Part shown: piece after piece, positions 7,829-17,045 of the stretch
Layout of the letters: each line of letters opens with the position of its first letter
How positions within the stretch are numbered: position 1 is the stretch's first letter
DNA from: a virus
Taxonomy: Duplodnaviria > Caudoviricetes
DNA: 33,516 nt
Strand: one strand, 5' to 3'
IMG/VR virus record: IMGVR_UViG_3300014312_000012
Span: 1-33,516 of that record
Program-made: the position numbers and the translations under genes
Notes under the pieces: generated by a model
Told to the model about the DNA's origin: nothing
Seen by the model: only the letters and a program-made list of their open reading frames with translations
The model's database searches: none

Positions 7829-8635
7829 CTACAGGACCGAGCCCAGCCAACCGCCGAAGCCCGCAACAACGTCTACGTTGGTCGTGCTGGCGATGCCCTG
7901 GACGCGAATGTCGCTATTGGGCAGGACGGGGATCGGGGTCGGAAGCTCGAAGATGGTGTACGAACGCCCGCCGGTAGCGACGAAGATCGGCCATTGTTCT
8001 CGGAACACCTGCCCGAAAAGACGGATTTCGAGGGTGAGGTCCACGGTCGCGGTCGTTTTTTTACCGACGCCGGCCATGAGATGCGTGAGCCCGAGAACAT
8101 CGACGCCGCTGATCGTCGTCGCGGCCTTGAATGATTGATTCTTGCCCGCCGGGATGCTCAAGTGAATCTTGCTCGTGTCGGTCGGCTTGCCGGCCGAGAT
8201 AGCGACGTCCTCGTAGAAGTGAACCGGCCCGGTCAGGTTGGTCGAGCCGGTGTTGTACGCCCTGCTGATTCGGGCGGCAGCGGTGGGTAGAGCCGTTTTG
8301 GTCTGCCCGTCGCTCGCGTCGAGCGTCCAAGTCGCCGCGCCGAAGCTGAAAACCGAGCCCGCGAGGGTGTGATACTCATAAGTGCCGGTCTTGCTGTTGT
8401 CGCCGGTCGCCTCGCTGCTGACGTGGGTGATGCCGTTCGAGCTGAGGTACGTTTCGTTGAGAGCGCCGCCCAACGATGCAATCGTCGTCGCCGAGGTCCC
8501 GACGTCCTCCTTGCGGCCGAACTTGTTGAGCTCTTTGGCCTTCTGCTCGAAGGAGACAGTGAGGCCGTATTGCTCGCTGAAAACGCGCTCCAGCATGCGC
8601 AGTTTTTCAAGGGTTTGAGAGGGGATGTAGCTCAT
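7829..8635 (-). CDS. virion structural protein
   Basis: From ATG 8635 (MSYIPSQ; GAGG SD). NKFGRKEDVGT motif and T/G/A-rich beta composition are typical of phage tail-associated proteins. Confidence 0.65.
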   Translation of the reverse strand: MSYIPSQTLEKLRMLERVFSEQYGLTVSFEQKAKELNKFGRKEDVGTSATTIASLGGALNETYLSSNGITHVSSEATGDNSKTGTYEYHTLAGSVFSFGAATWTLDASDGQTKTALPTAAARISRAYNTGSTNLTGPVHFYEDVAISAGKPTDTSKIHLSIPAGKNQSFKAATTISGVDVLGLTHLMAGVGKKTTATVDLTLEIRLFGQVFREQWPIFVATGGRSYTIFELPTPIPVLPNSDIRVQGIASTTNVDVVAGFGGWLGSVL

Positions 8636-8643
8636 GTTCGACC

Positions 8644-9327
8644 TCAGATAATCATTACATTTGTGCCGTCGCTCACGAGCGTCAGGCTTGCGTAGCCCGT
8701 CGCCATGATGACGGTTGCAGCGCCGTCGATGGTTTCGGCCCCGTTGCCGTCGATGGTGATGGCGGTGGTGTCGCTGGTCGTGTTCTTGATGACGATTCGG
8801 CGCTGCGCGTTGCCCGAGGCGGTCGGCAGGGTGACGGTGAAGGCCCCGCCCGAGGGGTCGCATCGCACGAGCTCGCCCCATGCCGCGGTGTAGTTGGCGG
8901 TTTTCACGGTGGTCTGCGTGAACTGCCCTTCGGGGGCCTCGATGGCGAGGTCGCCGCTCTGGAACTCCAAGCCCGAGGACGCTGCCAGCGCGACCGCGAG
9001 GGCCGAGCTCACGTTCTCCAAGCCGTTGCCGATGTTGACGAAGATGCCCGAGGCGTCGATGTCGAGCACGCCCTGAACCAGCGCCGCGAGGCCTGCCGCG
9101 CTGAGCACGAGCCCGGGGTTCGTCGGGTCAAGCAGGACCGCCAGCTCCCCGCCGTCGTTCTCAAGCCCGCCGTCGGCTCGAAGGATGAGCACGAGCTCGC
9201 CGTCGCCGTTGACCTGGATGACCTGCCCCGCGCCGATGAACTCAAGCGCGTTGGCGAGGTTGTCGAAGTTTCGGCGCTCGCGGACGGGAGCCCGAGGGCT
9301 TCGGTCCTGTCCCTGTAATCCGCTCAT
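8644..9327 (-). CDS. short tail fibre/spike-like protein
   Basis: Repeated GL.....L.V fibre units, then TVKTANYTA...CDPSGGAFTVTLP...IVIKN...ITIDGNGAETIDG, a common phage fibre module. Confidence 0.7.
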   Translation of the reverse strand: MSGLQGQDRSPRAPVRERRNFDNLANALEFIGAGQVIQVNGDGELVLILRADGGLENDGGELAVLLDPTNPGLVLSAAGLAALVQGVLDIDASGIFVNIGNGLENVSSALAVALAASSGLEFQSGDLAIEAPEGQFTQTTVKTANYTAAWGELVRCDPSGGAFTVTLPTASGNAQRRIVIKNTTSDTTAITIDGNGAETIDGAATVIMATGYASLTLVSDGTNVMII

Positions 9328-9338
9328 CGCTCACCGCC

Positions 9339-11939
9339 TTATAGGGTCGCCCGCATCCGGCCGGTGGCCGCGATGATGGCGTTCCCGGCCTCGTAGGCCC
9401 AAGTCTCGCCGGCGGTGTTGTTGCGGAGCTGCATCGAGAGCGCGTTCGCCCTGAGCCGCTTCCGGTGGGGAAGGTTGCGCCCTGCGTTGAGGGTGACGGT
9501 GTAGGCCGCGACGCTGGCGAGCTCGGCCTCTTCGGGCGTGTTGCCCTGGTAGATCGTGAGCACGGTGTTCGCCCCGCCCCCGCTGTCGAGGTTGATCTGC
9601 ATGTCTTGGAGCTGTAGCTGCCCCATCGGCAGGCCCGGGTGAATCGCCGGGATGCGGAAGAAGCTGTCGATCATCGTGCCGTCGTCGTTGAAGGCTGTTT
9701 CGTCGAACTTGCGGACGTAGCTGTCGAAGCCGCCGAGGATGACGGTGTTGTTCTCCGGGTCCACGTCGTAGAGGGTCGCCACGGCCGAGGGCCCGATGCT
9801 CGTGGGGAACTTGTCGGGGAAGAAGGCGTTGTTCCTCGCGTCGTAGAAGTAGTGAGTCTCGGCGACGGTCGGGGTTTCAGGGTCACAAACGAAGATGCCC
9901 ACGCCCTGCCACTTCGAGTCGTAGGCGAGGCGGATGATCTTGCTCGTGGTGTCGATGTCCGAGAAGGTCTTGTCGAGCTTGCCCCGGCTCACGAGCTCGA
10001 TGCTCGCGCCGCCGGCCGCGACCTTGTAGAAGCCGTTGACGCCGACGAAGTAGAAGTTGCCGACGTTGTCGAAACACCACGCCTCGGGCCCGACGACGCC
10101 GATGCCGCGCGTGAGGTTGTCGATCCGACCGCCCGCGGCCGGGTCGCCACGCATCACCCAAACGCTGTTCGCCCCGCCCATGATGAGAACGTCGTCTTGA
10201 TAGGGCGCGAGGCAAGTGATGATGTCGCCCAGCTCGCCGGCGTCGGAGTTGTTGCCCGCGACCGGCTGGCTCGCGTCGGGCGTCGCCGGCGAGTAGTCCC
10301 AATCGAAGGGATCGCCGGCCCGGCTCATGAACCAGTTTTGGGGCTCTTCTTTCAGGCCCGCCAGCACGACGCGACCGCGGTACACCGCCACAAGTCGGCA
10401 TCCGAGGGTCGTGTCGGTCGTGCCCCTGGGGAGCGAGCCCGCGCTGAGGTTGGTCGTCCAGTCCTTGAAGGTGTTGTCGGAGAAGTCGAGGTATTGGTAG
10501 TTGGCGAAGATGCCGTCGGCGACGAAGAGCTTTTGGAACGCGGTATCGGCGAGGATTTGCGGGTTCGTCGAGTCGAGGGCCGCGCTGCCGCCGCTGACGA
10601 CGGTGAAGGATGAGAAGTCCGTCGCGCTGCGATACACCGAGCCGCCCGAGAACACGACGAGGCGCTGCTCGCGGGTCGTCGGGTTGACGCCGGCCGCGGT
10701 GAACTGCCAGAACTCAAAGTTTGAGCTGATGCTGAGCCCGATGTAGGCCTCGTCGGGGCTCCACTGTGCGTCGTAGACGTTCGCCGTCGGCGTCGTCCCC
10801 GGGTCGGCGAGGACCGAGCCGAGCGTGTTCGAGAAGTTGTAAATCTTCGTCCTGGGCGCGTTGACCCCGCCGACGTGCAGGTACGAGCCCGAGGGTGAGA
10901 AGCGCACCGAGCGGAGGTTGCTGATGCCCGGGTTGGTCGAGCTGCTCGCGCCGAAGCCGGTGGCGACGGTGAACGGGTAGATCGTAAGGGTGGCCGTCGC
11001 GCTCTGAACGGCGACCGCGATGCCGTCGGGGTGAAGGCTCAAGCCGACGCTGGCGCCCATCGATGCGGTCTGTGTGTCGATGACGGCCCCGAAGCCCGTC
11101 GCGCTGTCGAACGAGTAGGCCTTCATTTCCGCGGACGTGCCGGCGACGACGAGCGTGCCGTCGCTGGTGATGTCCACGTTCTTCCCGAGGCCGTTGAGGG
11201 CGGTGGGAGCGGTGAGGGCCGCGCCGAAGGCCGTGCCGCTCCACGCGAGCGCGGTGAGGAAGGGCGTCGTCCCGTGAGCGAAGAGGACCGCCGTGCCGTC
11301 GGGATCGACGACGATCTTCTCGACGTTGACGTAGGCCCCTTCTTTGGTGATCGAGCCGAAGCCGCTGACCGGGTCGATGGTGCAGTACCCGAGCCCTTTC
11401 GTGTTGCCGAGGAAGAGGTAGGCGTCGTCGGTGCTGAGCGCGATCCAGTTGACCGTCGAGGGCGAACCCCCCGCGCCGTCGCCGAAGACCGCGTCGATGG
11501 TCGCCTCGGCGAGCGTGATGCCCGTGCCGAAGCTGTTGGTCGCGGTATCGAACGGCCACACGCGGACGCCAGCGCCCGGCTTCGCATCGACGACGAAGCT
11601 GTTGTCCGAGGCCCATAGGATCGTGCCGAAGGTGCCGCCGAGGGGCCCGGCCGGGTCGGTGAGCTTGTCGCTCCAAGCGGCGTTCTGGACGAGGTCGAGG
11701 GCCCGGACGATGGGCTCGATGCCCTGAATCTGCTGCGTACCGTTGACCGGGTCGGCCGCGAGCTTGGTGATGCCCGTGCGTTGGCCTCCACGGTTGCGGC
11801 GTTCGAGCTGGTCGTAGGCCCGGACGTTCTGCATGTTCGAGGGGAGCACGGCAGAAGGCCCCGGCGGCGAGCTGTAGGCCGGTGTCTCGTTGACGCCCTG
11901 CGTCGGGAACTGTAGCGGGATGGATTGGCCTTTGAGCAT
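9339..11939 (-). CDS. tail nozzle / DNA-stabilisation protein (P22 gp10 / T7 gp12-like) with an extra beta-propeller
   Basis: 866 aa. N-terminal FP..GVNE...NVR and YRGRVVLAG...WFMSRAGDPFDWD resemble podoviral nozzle proteins. WD40-like blades at about aa 85-415. Confidence 0.7.
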   Translation of the reverse strand: MLKGQSIPLQFPTQGVNETPAYSSPPGPSAVLPSNMQNVRAYDQLERRNRGGQRTGITKLAADPVNGTQQIQGIEPIVRALDLVQNAAWSDKLTDPAGPLGGTFGTILWASDNSFVVDAKPGAGVRVWPFDTATNSFGTGITLAEATIDAVFGDGAGGSPSTVNWIALSTDDAYLFLGNTKGLGYCTIDPVSGFGSITKEGAYVNVEKIVVDPDGTAVLFAHGTTPFLTALAWSGTAFGAALTAPTALNGLGKNVDITSDGTLVVAGTSAEMKAYSFDSATGFGAVIDTQTASMGASVGLSLHPDGIAVAVQSATATLTIYPFTVATGFGASSSTNPGISNLRSVRFSPSGSYLHVGGVNAPRTKIYNFSNTLGSVLADPGTTPTANVYDAQWSPDEAYIGLSISSNFEFWQFTAAGVNPTTREQRLVVFSGGSVYRSATDFSSFTVVSGGSAALDSTNPQILADTAFQKLFVADGIFANYQYLDFSDNTFKDWTTNLSAGSLPRGTTDTTLGCRLVAVYRGRVVLAGLKEEPQNWFMSRAGDPFDWDYSPATPDASQPVAGNNSDAGELGDIITCLAPYQDDVLIMGGANSVWVMRGDPAAGGRIDNLTRGIGVVGPEAWCFDNVGNFYFVGVNGFYKVAAGGASIELVSRGKLDKTFSDIDTTSKIIRLAYDSKWQGVGIFVCDPETPTVAETHYFYDARNNAFFPDKFPTSIGPSAVATLYDVDPENNTVILGGFDSYVRKFDETAFNDDGTMIDSFFRIPAIHPGLPMGQLQLQDMQINLDSGGGANTVLTIYQGNTPEEAELASVAAYTVTLNAGRNLPHRKRLRANALSMQLRNNTAGETWAYEAGNAIIAATGRMRATL

Positions 11940-11944
11940 GGTGG

Positions 11945-11981
11945 AAAACGGCCCGGCCCGCGGGTGCGGGCTCGGGCGGTT
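11945..11981 (-). terminator. hairpin plus U-tract immediately before the nozzle ATG
   Basis: CCCGAGCCCGC-ACCC-GCGGGCCGGG...TTTT-CCACC-ATG; no SD sequence. Confidence 0.5.
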
Positions 11982-12002
11982 GTGGGTTATGGGGTGTCGC
12001 TA

Positions 12003-12797
12003 TTACGCGGCGTAGGGGGTGCGGAGCCGGCTGATGATGACCTCGCGGACCTTGATCGTCTTGGCGACGGCGTCGAGGGCCTGGATGCCGATGACCGGGA
12101 TGAGGTTCGCGCCTGCCGTGAGGGCCGCGGTCTGCTCGCCGACCTTGAGGCCGTCGATGAAGAACTGCGCCTTGCGGTTTGTGTTGACCTCGATGCCGAG
12201 GCGGATGGTCTTGTCGACGGTGGGCGTGACGCCGAGGCTGATCTCGGTGTCGGTCCCGCCGATGCTGAGGGCCTGGGTCCATTTGGTCGTCGAGACAGCG
12301 CCTTCGTCCGAGAGCTGGAACTTCGCTTGATCGGCGTCGGTCGTGAGGTCGAGGGCCGCGGTGAGCACGAGCCCGGCGTGAACGAGCACGTCGGCGACGC
12401 TGGGGAGCTCGATGATGAACTCGACGCGCGGGGCGTGCTCGGGCTCCCATTCAACCGTACCGAAGAGCGATTGAGCGACGCTGTTGATCGCGGTCGCCGG
12501 CGAGAGGATGATTTGATCGTTGTCGGCTCCGGCGGTCGTGAGGGCGATGCCGCCGTCCACGTTCAGCGCCGAGCCGGCGTTCGCGGCGTTCGTGCCGCTG
12601 ATGATCCAATCGAGGTTCGCGCCGGTGAGCAGGCGTTGAGCGGCCTGATTGACGGTCGCCGGGTCGAGGTTGGCGGCGAGGATCGGCCGCTTCTGGAAGG
12701 TTTCGCGCAGAACGATCCGGTCGCGGTAGTCGGCCGGTGCGTAGAGGCTCTTCGCCTCGCTCTTGATGAGGCCGATGGTGACGTCTTTGCTGGGCAT
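12003..12797 (-). CDS. virion structural protein (jelly-roll-like, possibly head decoration)
   Basis: 264 aa, beta-rich (KAQFFIDG, LIPVIGIQA), AGGAG SD, between adaptor and nozzle. Confidence 0.55.
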   Translation of the reverse strand: MPSKDVTIGLIKSEAKSLYAPADYRDRIVLRETFQKRPILAANLDPATVNQAAQRLLTGANLDWIISGTNAANAGSALNVDGGIALTTAGADNDQIILSPATAINSVAQSLFGTVEWEPEHAPRVEFIIELPSVADVLVHAGLVLTAALDLTTDADQAKFQLSDEGAVSTTKWTQALSIGGTDTEISLGVTPTVDKTIRLGIEVNTNRKAQFFIDGLKVGEQTAALTAGANLIPVIGIQALDAVAKTIKVREVIISRLRTPYAA

Positions 12798-12875
12798 GTC
12801 GAGGCTCCTGGGCCGGGCGTTGGTCCTTCCCCAGCTCCGGCCCGGTGGCGACGAGCTGAGGCGTCGAGCGACGTG

Positions 12876-13604
12876 CTACGACGGGTTCGGGATGCCGTTG
12901 ATCGGGTAGCCCCACGGGACGGGCCGACGGCGCGGGCTCATGGCCCCGGTCGGGACGCCGACGCTGCCGAGGGTCATGCCGTCGCGGTACATGCAATCCT
13001 CGATCATGTTGCGGAAGGCCTGGGTGTAGGCGCTTTCCGGGTCGTCGTCGTAGTCGACCGAGGCGAAGCTGCGGGCGAGCAGGCTGAGGGGCCGGTCCAT
13101 GTAGCTCGGCCACTGAGGGACGTCGGTGTCGGCTTCGAGGCGTCGCAGGTTGCGGCGGTACACGAGCTGGACCGCGTCGGGGTCGGTGACGCTGGGCGTC
13201 GGGAAGAGCTCCATCGTCGGATTGTCGAGGCCCGAGCTGGCGAGCGAGCTGTTGCCGGTGTTGATGACGTAGAAGTAGCCGCCGGTCCACTCGGTAATCG
13301 GGTGCTGACGCATCCAGAGCAGGACCTCCCACGTTACCGGGGTGAAGTGCGAGGCCCATCCCTGATTGTGCTCGACGGCGACCATCGTGCCGAAGTCGGC
13401 CGGCAGGTTGATGTAGCGCTGATCGGCGACGACGCCGAGCTCGATCTGCCCGGTCGTGCAGAACTGCCATTCGTGCATCGCGGCGATGTGCTCGACGGCA
13501 TCGTTGACGATGTCGCCCGGAGCGACGTCGAGGTTCGCTTCGGCCGGGTTGCCGAGGGCATGAAGGACCTCGGCCTTGTATTCCGCAAAGGTGCGACGTG
13601 CCAT
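12876..13604 (-). CDS. head-tail adaptor (P22 gp4 / tail tubular protein A-like)
   Basis: IVNDAV...HEWQF...YINLPADF...ELFPTP...YRR...L.ADTDVP pattern; follows the capsid genes. Confidence 0.75.
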   Translation of the reverse strand: MARRTFAEYKAEVLHALGNPAEANLDVAPGDIVNDAVEHIAAMHEWQFCTTGQIELGVVADQRYINLPADFGTMVAVEHNQGWASHFTPVTWEVLLWMRQHPITEWTGGYFYVINTGNSSLASSGLDNPTMELFPTPSVTDPDAVQLVYRRNLRRLEADTDVPQWPSYMDRPLSLLARSFASVDYDDDPESAYTQAFRNMIEDCMYRDGMTLGSVGVPTGAMSPRRRPVPWGYPINGIPNPS

Positions 13605-13607
13605 AAA

Positions 13608-13637
13608 CGAGCTCGCCGGCGTTGACCGACGAGCTCG
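13608..13637 (-). terminator. 12-bp hairpin plus TTT directly before the adaptor ATG
   Basis: CGAGCTCGTCGG-TCAACG-CCGGCGAGCTCG-TTT-ATG. Confidence 0.5.
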
Positions 13638-13661
13638 GGGGTTTCAGATTCAGGCCTACGC

Positions 13662-14210
13662 TTACGCGCCGACCGTGCCGACCGAGCTGCCGAAGCCGAA
13701 GAGCACGACCTCGGCCGTGTCGTTGGTCGCGGAGAGGTCGGCGTCGATGGCCTCGGCGATGAAGCCGACCTTGCCGCGGTTGGCCCCGTCGGCCGCTGCG
13801 ACGAGCCGGCGGTTCGCGCCGGTGGTGTCGGCCATCACGGCCACACCGCACGAGCTGTAGGCGGTCGTCCAGTTGGTCCCGCCGACCTTCGCGGTGACTT
13901 GGCCGACGACCTGGACGACGACCTGGGTGTCGTCTGCCCCGGCCCCGTCGAGCAGGTCCACGACGACGCAGATTTCCGCGTTGAGCGGGGCCGCGCCGAC
14001 GTTGACGATGTTCGAGTACATGGCCTCGATGAGCGTGCTGACAGAGTTGCCCTTGACCCCGGTGAGGGCCTGGGTAGCGGCGTCACTGGCGTCCGTGTCG
14101 AACGCCATCACGTCGCCGACGACGAGGGCGGTCGCGCCGCCTCGGTTCATGACCCGGCGCTGAACCTTCTGGTAAGGCGGCTGGCCGGGGCGTGCGTTGC
14201 TGATGTACAT
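13662..14210 (-). CDS. capsid decoration/cement protein
   Basis: Directly after the major capsid gene. NRGGATALVVGDVMAFD...VQVVGQVTAKV...GKVGFIAEA is a cement-like pattern. GGAG before ATG 14210. Confidence 0.65.
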   Translation of the reverse strand: MYISNARPGQPPYQKVQRRVMNRGGATALVVGDVMAFDTDASDAATQALTGVKGNSVSTLIEAMYSNIVNVGAAPLNAEICVVVDLLDGAGADDTQVVVQVVGQVTAKVGGTNWTTAYSSCGVAVMADTTGANRRLVAAADGANRGKVGFIAEAIDADLSATNDTAEVVLFGFGSSVGTVGA

Positions 14211-14254
14211 GGTTGAGCTCCCGTTGATGGGTTTGTTGGTTGGTTTGGTCAAGA

Positions 14255-14276
14255 GCCGGGGCCCGAAGGCCCCGGC
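14255..14276 (-). terminator. C(UUCG)G tetraloop hairpin after the major capsid gene
   Basis: GCCGGGGCC-TTCG-GGCCCCGGC, a perfect 9-bp stem, with a weak U tail. Confidence 0.6.
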
Positions 14277-14310
14277 GACGATTACTTCACGGCTCTACGG
14301 CCTGCCCCGA

Positions 14311-15402
14311 TTACAGGTTGTTCGGGACGACGATGCCCTGCCGGCGACGGCTGGACATGAAGAGGTTGTAGTAGAGCTTCTTCCACACGACCCACGAGAA
14401 CGGCTGGCGGTCGCGGTTCATGGGCTCCTTCTCGTCCATGTAGCGGGTGCTATGGAAGATCGGGTAGAGGTACATGAGGTTGATGAAGTAGTACCACGGA
14501 GCGCCGGCCGCGATGGTCGCGCCGCTGTTGATGAGGGCCGTGTCGAGGGTGCTGACGTACTTGATCGGCATACCCGCGTAGGTGATCTGGCCCATCACCC
14601 AACCGAGGTTGTTCTGCGGGACGAGGCGGTCGTTCGCGTCGCGGGTGAGGCTGGCGAGCTCCTTGTAGCCGTCCTTGTTGGTGGCGATCACCATTTTGTT
14701 CAAACGGTCGTTCTCGGCGTACTGCTTCAACGACTCGGGGGCCTCGAACTTCACGGAGAGCCACATGTCGTCCATCGCAGCGACGAGCCCGTCCTGACGG
14801 TCGGCGATGTTCGCCGGGTCGTAGGTCGAGACTTGGTTGCGCCAACCGGACTCGGTCGTCGGGTTGATGGTTTCGACGGTCGTGAAGCCCGTGGGGGCGA
14901 GGCCGTCGGGGGTGATGAAGGTGGGGATCGAGTACGGCTGGCGACCGCTCGAAGCCTCCATCTGAGCGTTGCTTGGGACGGCCCAAAGCTGCTCTTCCAT
15001 CTTGTTGTAGAGCGACGTGTGACAGGCCTGCCGCTTCGACTTGAGCAGGTTCTTGTAGTACGTCTGCGGGTTGCCGCTGTTCAGGTCGAGCTCTTCCTCG
15101 GTGTAGGCGTAGTGGTCGGTAAGGAAGCGCCAATCGATCTGAATGTTCGTGAGGGTGTCGACGTTCTGAATGTCGAGTTCCTCGTTCGGCAGGTAGAAGG
15201 TCGCCGTGCCGCTATCCGAGAGCTGGATGCGGTCGATGATCTTTGCACCGCCCTGGACACTCATCGAGGCGTCGCGGCCTTTGAGCATCCGGGCGACGAA
15301 GTAGGTGTTCTTGGTCGCGTCGTTGACGATCTTGTCCGGGCTGGTAGCAACGCGGTTGCCGGTAGCCTTGACGAAGTCGTTGAAGTCACTGATCGAGGGC
15401 AT
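14311..15402 (-). CDS. major capsid protein (HK97 fold)
   Basis: 363 aa between scaffold and decoration genes. VQGGAKIIDRIQL, the spine-helix-like LLKSKRQACHTSLYNKMEEQLW and C-terminal NLFMSSRRRQGIV fit a common MCP family. AGGAG SD. Confidence 0.85.
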   Translation of the reverse strand: MPSISDFNDFVKATGNRVATSPDKIVNDATKNTYFVARMLKGRDASMSVQGGAKIIDRIQLSDSGTATFYLPNEELDIQNVDTLTNIQIDWRFLTDHYAYTEEELDLNSGNPQTYYKNLLKSKRQACHTSLYNKMEEQLWAVPSNAQMEASSGRQPYSIPTFITPDGLAPTGFTTVETINPTTESGWRNQVSTYDPANIADRQDGLVAAMDDMWLSVKFEAPESLKQYAENDRLNKMVIATNKDGYKELASLTRDANDRLVPQNNLGWVMGQITYAGMPIKYVSTLDTALINSGATIAAGAPWYYFINLMYLYPIFHSTRYMDEKEPMNRDRQPFSWVVWKKLYYNLFMSSRRRQGIVVPNNL

Positions 15403-15456
15403 GGTTTGGGCTCCTGATCCCCTGTCGGGGTCGAGCCGCCCATGCCGTTCGATGAA

Positions 15457-16470
15457 CTACTTGAGCTTCTTGCCGAGCGTGTCCTCGAAGGCTTGGTCGT
15501 ACATTTCGTCCTCGGTGAGCGGGGTACGATCTGTGCGGCTGCTGCCGTCTGCGGGCTGCTGGGATAGTCGCTTTTTCGTCTTGTCGAGTAGCTGGGCCTG
15601 GGCGGCGGCTTCGGTTCGGGTTCCGAGCGTGGCGTCTGCTGCTGCCTTCACCGCGGCGCGTACTCTGCTGAGGACGGGCCCTTCGCCCGTCCGGTAGGAC
15701 GATTCGGGGGCCTGCCAAAGCTCGATGAACTTCGCCTCGACGTCGGCGCGGGGCTTGGCCTCGCTCAACGATGGGTACTGTGTGACGAGCTCACTGATGC
15801 CCTTATCGATGACCATGTCTACGACGAGTCGGTTTTGGACGTGCATCGTCTGCTCGGTCGCGCCGAGCTTCTTCTGCAAGTCCTGGGCGAGCTTGATGAC
15901 GCCCGTGATGGGCTTCTCAAGTGCCGCGAACTCTTCGCCGTAGGTATCGGTCAAGTCGGCCAAAGCTGCCTTGAAGGAAGTACCCAGCTCGCCGAGGTCC
16001 GCATCGTCTGCGGCCGTGTCGGTCTGAGTAGTGCCTCCGGTCGAGCTGCCGCCCTGCTGGCCGTTTTCACCTTTGAGCTCGGCGAGCTGGCGTTCCAGCT
16101 CGGCGATCTTGCTCCCGTTGTCCCGACCGAAGTTTCGTTGGTCGGCTTCGCGCTTCGCTGCGTTCGTGAAGAACTGCTCACGCTGCTCGGGGCTCCATCC
16201 CTGCACCATCGCCGGCGTCATGTGATTCCGGCTCAAGAGCTCCGTCTGCTCGGGTGTGAGCTCGGGAGCGGCGGGGGTGGTGGTGTCGGCGGCTTTGCCG
16301 GCAGGCTGATCCTGCGTCGGCTTGGCCTCGGGCGTCGCGGTTGCCGTGCCCTGGTCGTCGTCGCTGAAAATCTCGTCGAAGGCCTGATCGTAGACCTGAT
16401 CCTCGGTGAGCTGTTCAGTTGGTGCGGCGGCGGGTGCGGGTGCGGCTTGCGCGTTGGCGTCGTCGGACAT
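15457..16470 (-). CDS. capsid scaffolding protein
   Basis: Acidic, A/P/T-rich disordered plus coiled-coil protein immediately upstream of the MCP. GAGG before ATG 16470 (MSDDANAQ). Confidence 0.75.
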   Translation of the reverse strand: MSDDANAQAAPAPAAAPTEQLTEDQVYDQAFDEIFSDDDQGTATATPEAKPTQDQPAGKAADTTTPAAPELTPEQTELLSRNHMTPAMVQGWSPEQREQFFTNAAKREADQRNFGRDNGSKIAELERQLAELKGENGQQGGSSTGGTTQTDTAADDADLGELGTSFKAALADLTDTYGEEFAALEKPITGVIKLAQDLQKKLGATEQTMHVQNRLVVDMVIDKGISELVTQYPSLSEAKPRADVEAKFIELWQAPESSYRTGEGPVLSRVRAAVKAAADATLGTRTEAAAQAQLLDKTKKRLSQQPADGSSRTDRTPLTEDEMYDQAFEDTLGKKLK

Positions 16471-16538
16471 CGTTACCTCGCTGCCTCGGGGTGGGCTGGG
16501 CTCGCGTCGGGGGGTGGCCCCGATGGCGCGGCTGCGTG

Positions 16539-16580
16539 CCTCGGCGTGTTCATGATGAACGCCGAGGGGGGCCATGTCAA
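16539..16580 (-). promoter_or_regulatory. candidate head-operon promoter with an inverted repeat over the -10
   Basis: TTGACA (16580-16575), 17 nt, CATCAT (16557-16552). Inverted repeat CCTCGGCG(TG)TTCAT-G-ATGAACGCCGAGG at 16539-16567. Confidence 0.55.
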
Positions 16581-16595
16581 GAGGGGTAAGCTCGG

Positions 16596-17045
16596 CTATC
16601 CGGGCGAGCTGGCGAGCTTGGGGCGTCCGTTGGCCTCGGCCCGCTTGATCGCGTCGCGGATCGCCGGCCGGAAGTAGGCCCAAAACGCGGTACAGTCGCC
16701 TCCCGACCACTTGGCGACGTAGTCCCCCCACGCCCGAAGGTCCTCGCTCGTGCCGACGGTGGGCCGGCGGTCGGCGATGAGCTGCTTCCAGTGATGCCGA
16801 AGGATGCCATGAACCACGTCGTACCTCGCGGTCGTGGCGGCGTAGAAGCCGAGCTCCTGCATCCGCAACGCCAGCTCGGCGACGGCATCGACGTCCCCGA
16901 TCTCGATGCGCTTGAACATGAGCCGAATGTAGAGCTGCCGGCCGCGTCGAAGCCGCGCCTCGCTGTGGTCGTTCATCCGGCGGTATCGCTGGACCGGCCT
17001 ACTCGTCGTCGGGGTGGGGACCGCCCTGTCGTTTGTACTGCTCAT
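16596..17045 (-). CDS. hypothetical protein (start uncertain; alternative ATG 16976)
   Basis: Coding-like codon bias in the 3' two-thirds. Confidence 0.6.
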   Translation of the reverse strand: MSSTNDRAVPTPTTSRPVQRYRRMNDHSEARLRRGRQLYIRLMFKRIEIGDVDAVAELALRMQELGFYAATTARYDVVHGILRHHWKQLIADRRPTVGTSEDLRAWGDYVAKWSGGDCTAFWAYFRPAIRDAIKRAEANGRPKLASSPG

